A stretch of DNA of 46,654 bases from positions 1 through 46,654 of the forward strand of contig JAHBMJ010000470.1 in assembly GCA_018398765.1 (NCBI GenBank), given 5' to 3'. How positions within the stretch are numbered: position 1 is the stretch's first letter; each line of letters opens with the position of its first letter. The translations under genes and the position numbers were made by a program. The DNA is from Chromera velia. Lineage: Eukaryota. Shown one piece after another: positions 46,362 to 46,654 of this stretch. The notes below the pieces were generated by a model. It was not told where the DNA came from. It did not search any database and saw only the letters and a program-made list of their open reading frames with translations.

Positions 46362-46654
46362 CAAAAAAAACAGAACAAACAATCGAACAACGTGGGCAGG
46401 GGGCCCGAAAGGTGGGAGGCAAGCGCCCCTTGCCTCTCCCTCTCCCGACAGACTTTCACGTGATCACTGGGTTCACACGTTGATCCACTCAAGACAAAAG
46501 GAAGAGAAAAAGAAGCGAAAAACGAGAGAAAAAAAGCGTACTGCGCTTCAGACAAATACATACAACATACGGGGAACCGGCACCGTCGTGTTCTTTAGAC
46601 AGAGGATGGGGGGGTGGGGGAGCGCCCCGACGGAGGGGGGGGGGGGGTTCTGGT

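Noticed and set aside
1..46654. tRNA/rRNA genes or intact transposons
   Set aside because: No cloverleaf, rRNA-like segment, transposase/RT ORF or convincing terminal repeats were seen by eye.

Overview
This is eukaryotic, intron-rich genomic DNA with GT-AG introns, microsatellite-rich introns and short AT-rich intergenic islands. It is most consistent with a plastid-bearing alveolate/apicomplexan-like protist; this is an inference from two bacterial-type translation genes, a CRMP-like multipass receptor and recurrent TGCATGCA motifs. Six genes can be spliced together by hand: (1) tRNA dimethylallyltransferase MiaA (+); (2) double-GTPase Der/EngA (+, at least 18 exons); (3) an LRR/Cys-rich/~9-TM receptor-like protein (-); (4) head-to-head with it, an 89-aa secreted prepropeptide with an acidic pro-piece, an octa-Arg run and 4 Cys (+); (5) a 31-exon secreted LamG-like + ~21 Sushi/CCP-like protein (-); (6) a DEG/ENaC channel (-). 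The most notable points are a single in-frame stop in each of two otherwise intact genes (TGA in the channel, TAA in the Sushi gene), the possible peptide ligand/receptor pair, an animal-like DEG/ENaC in a protist-like genome, and a dominant atypical 5' splice site GTCAGT. All exon models are manual, with no transcript support.
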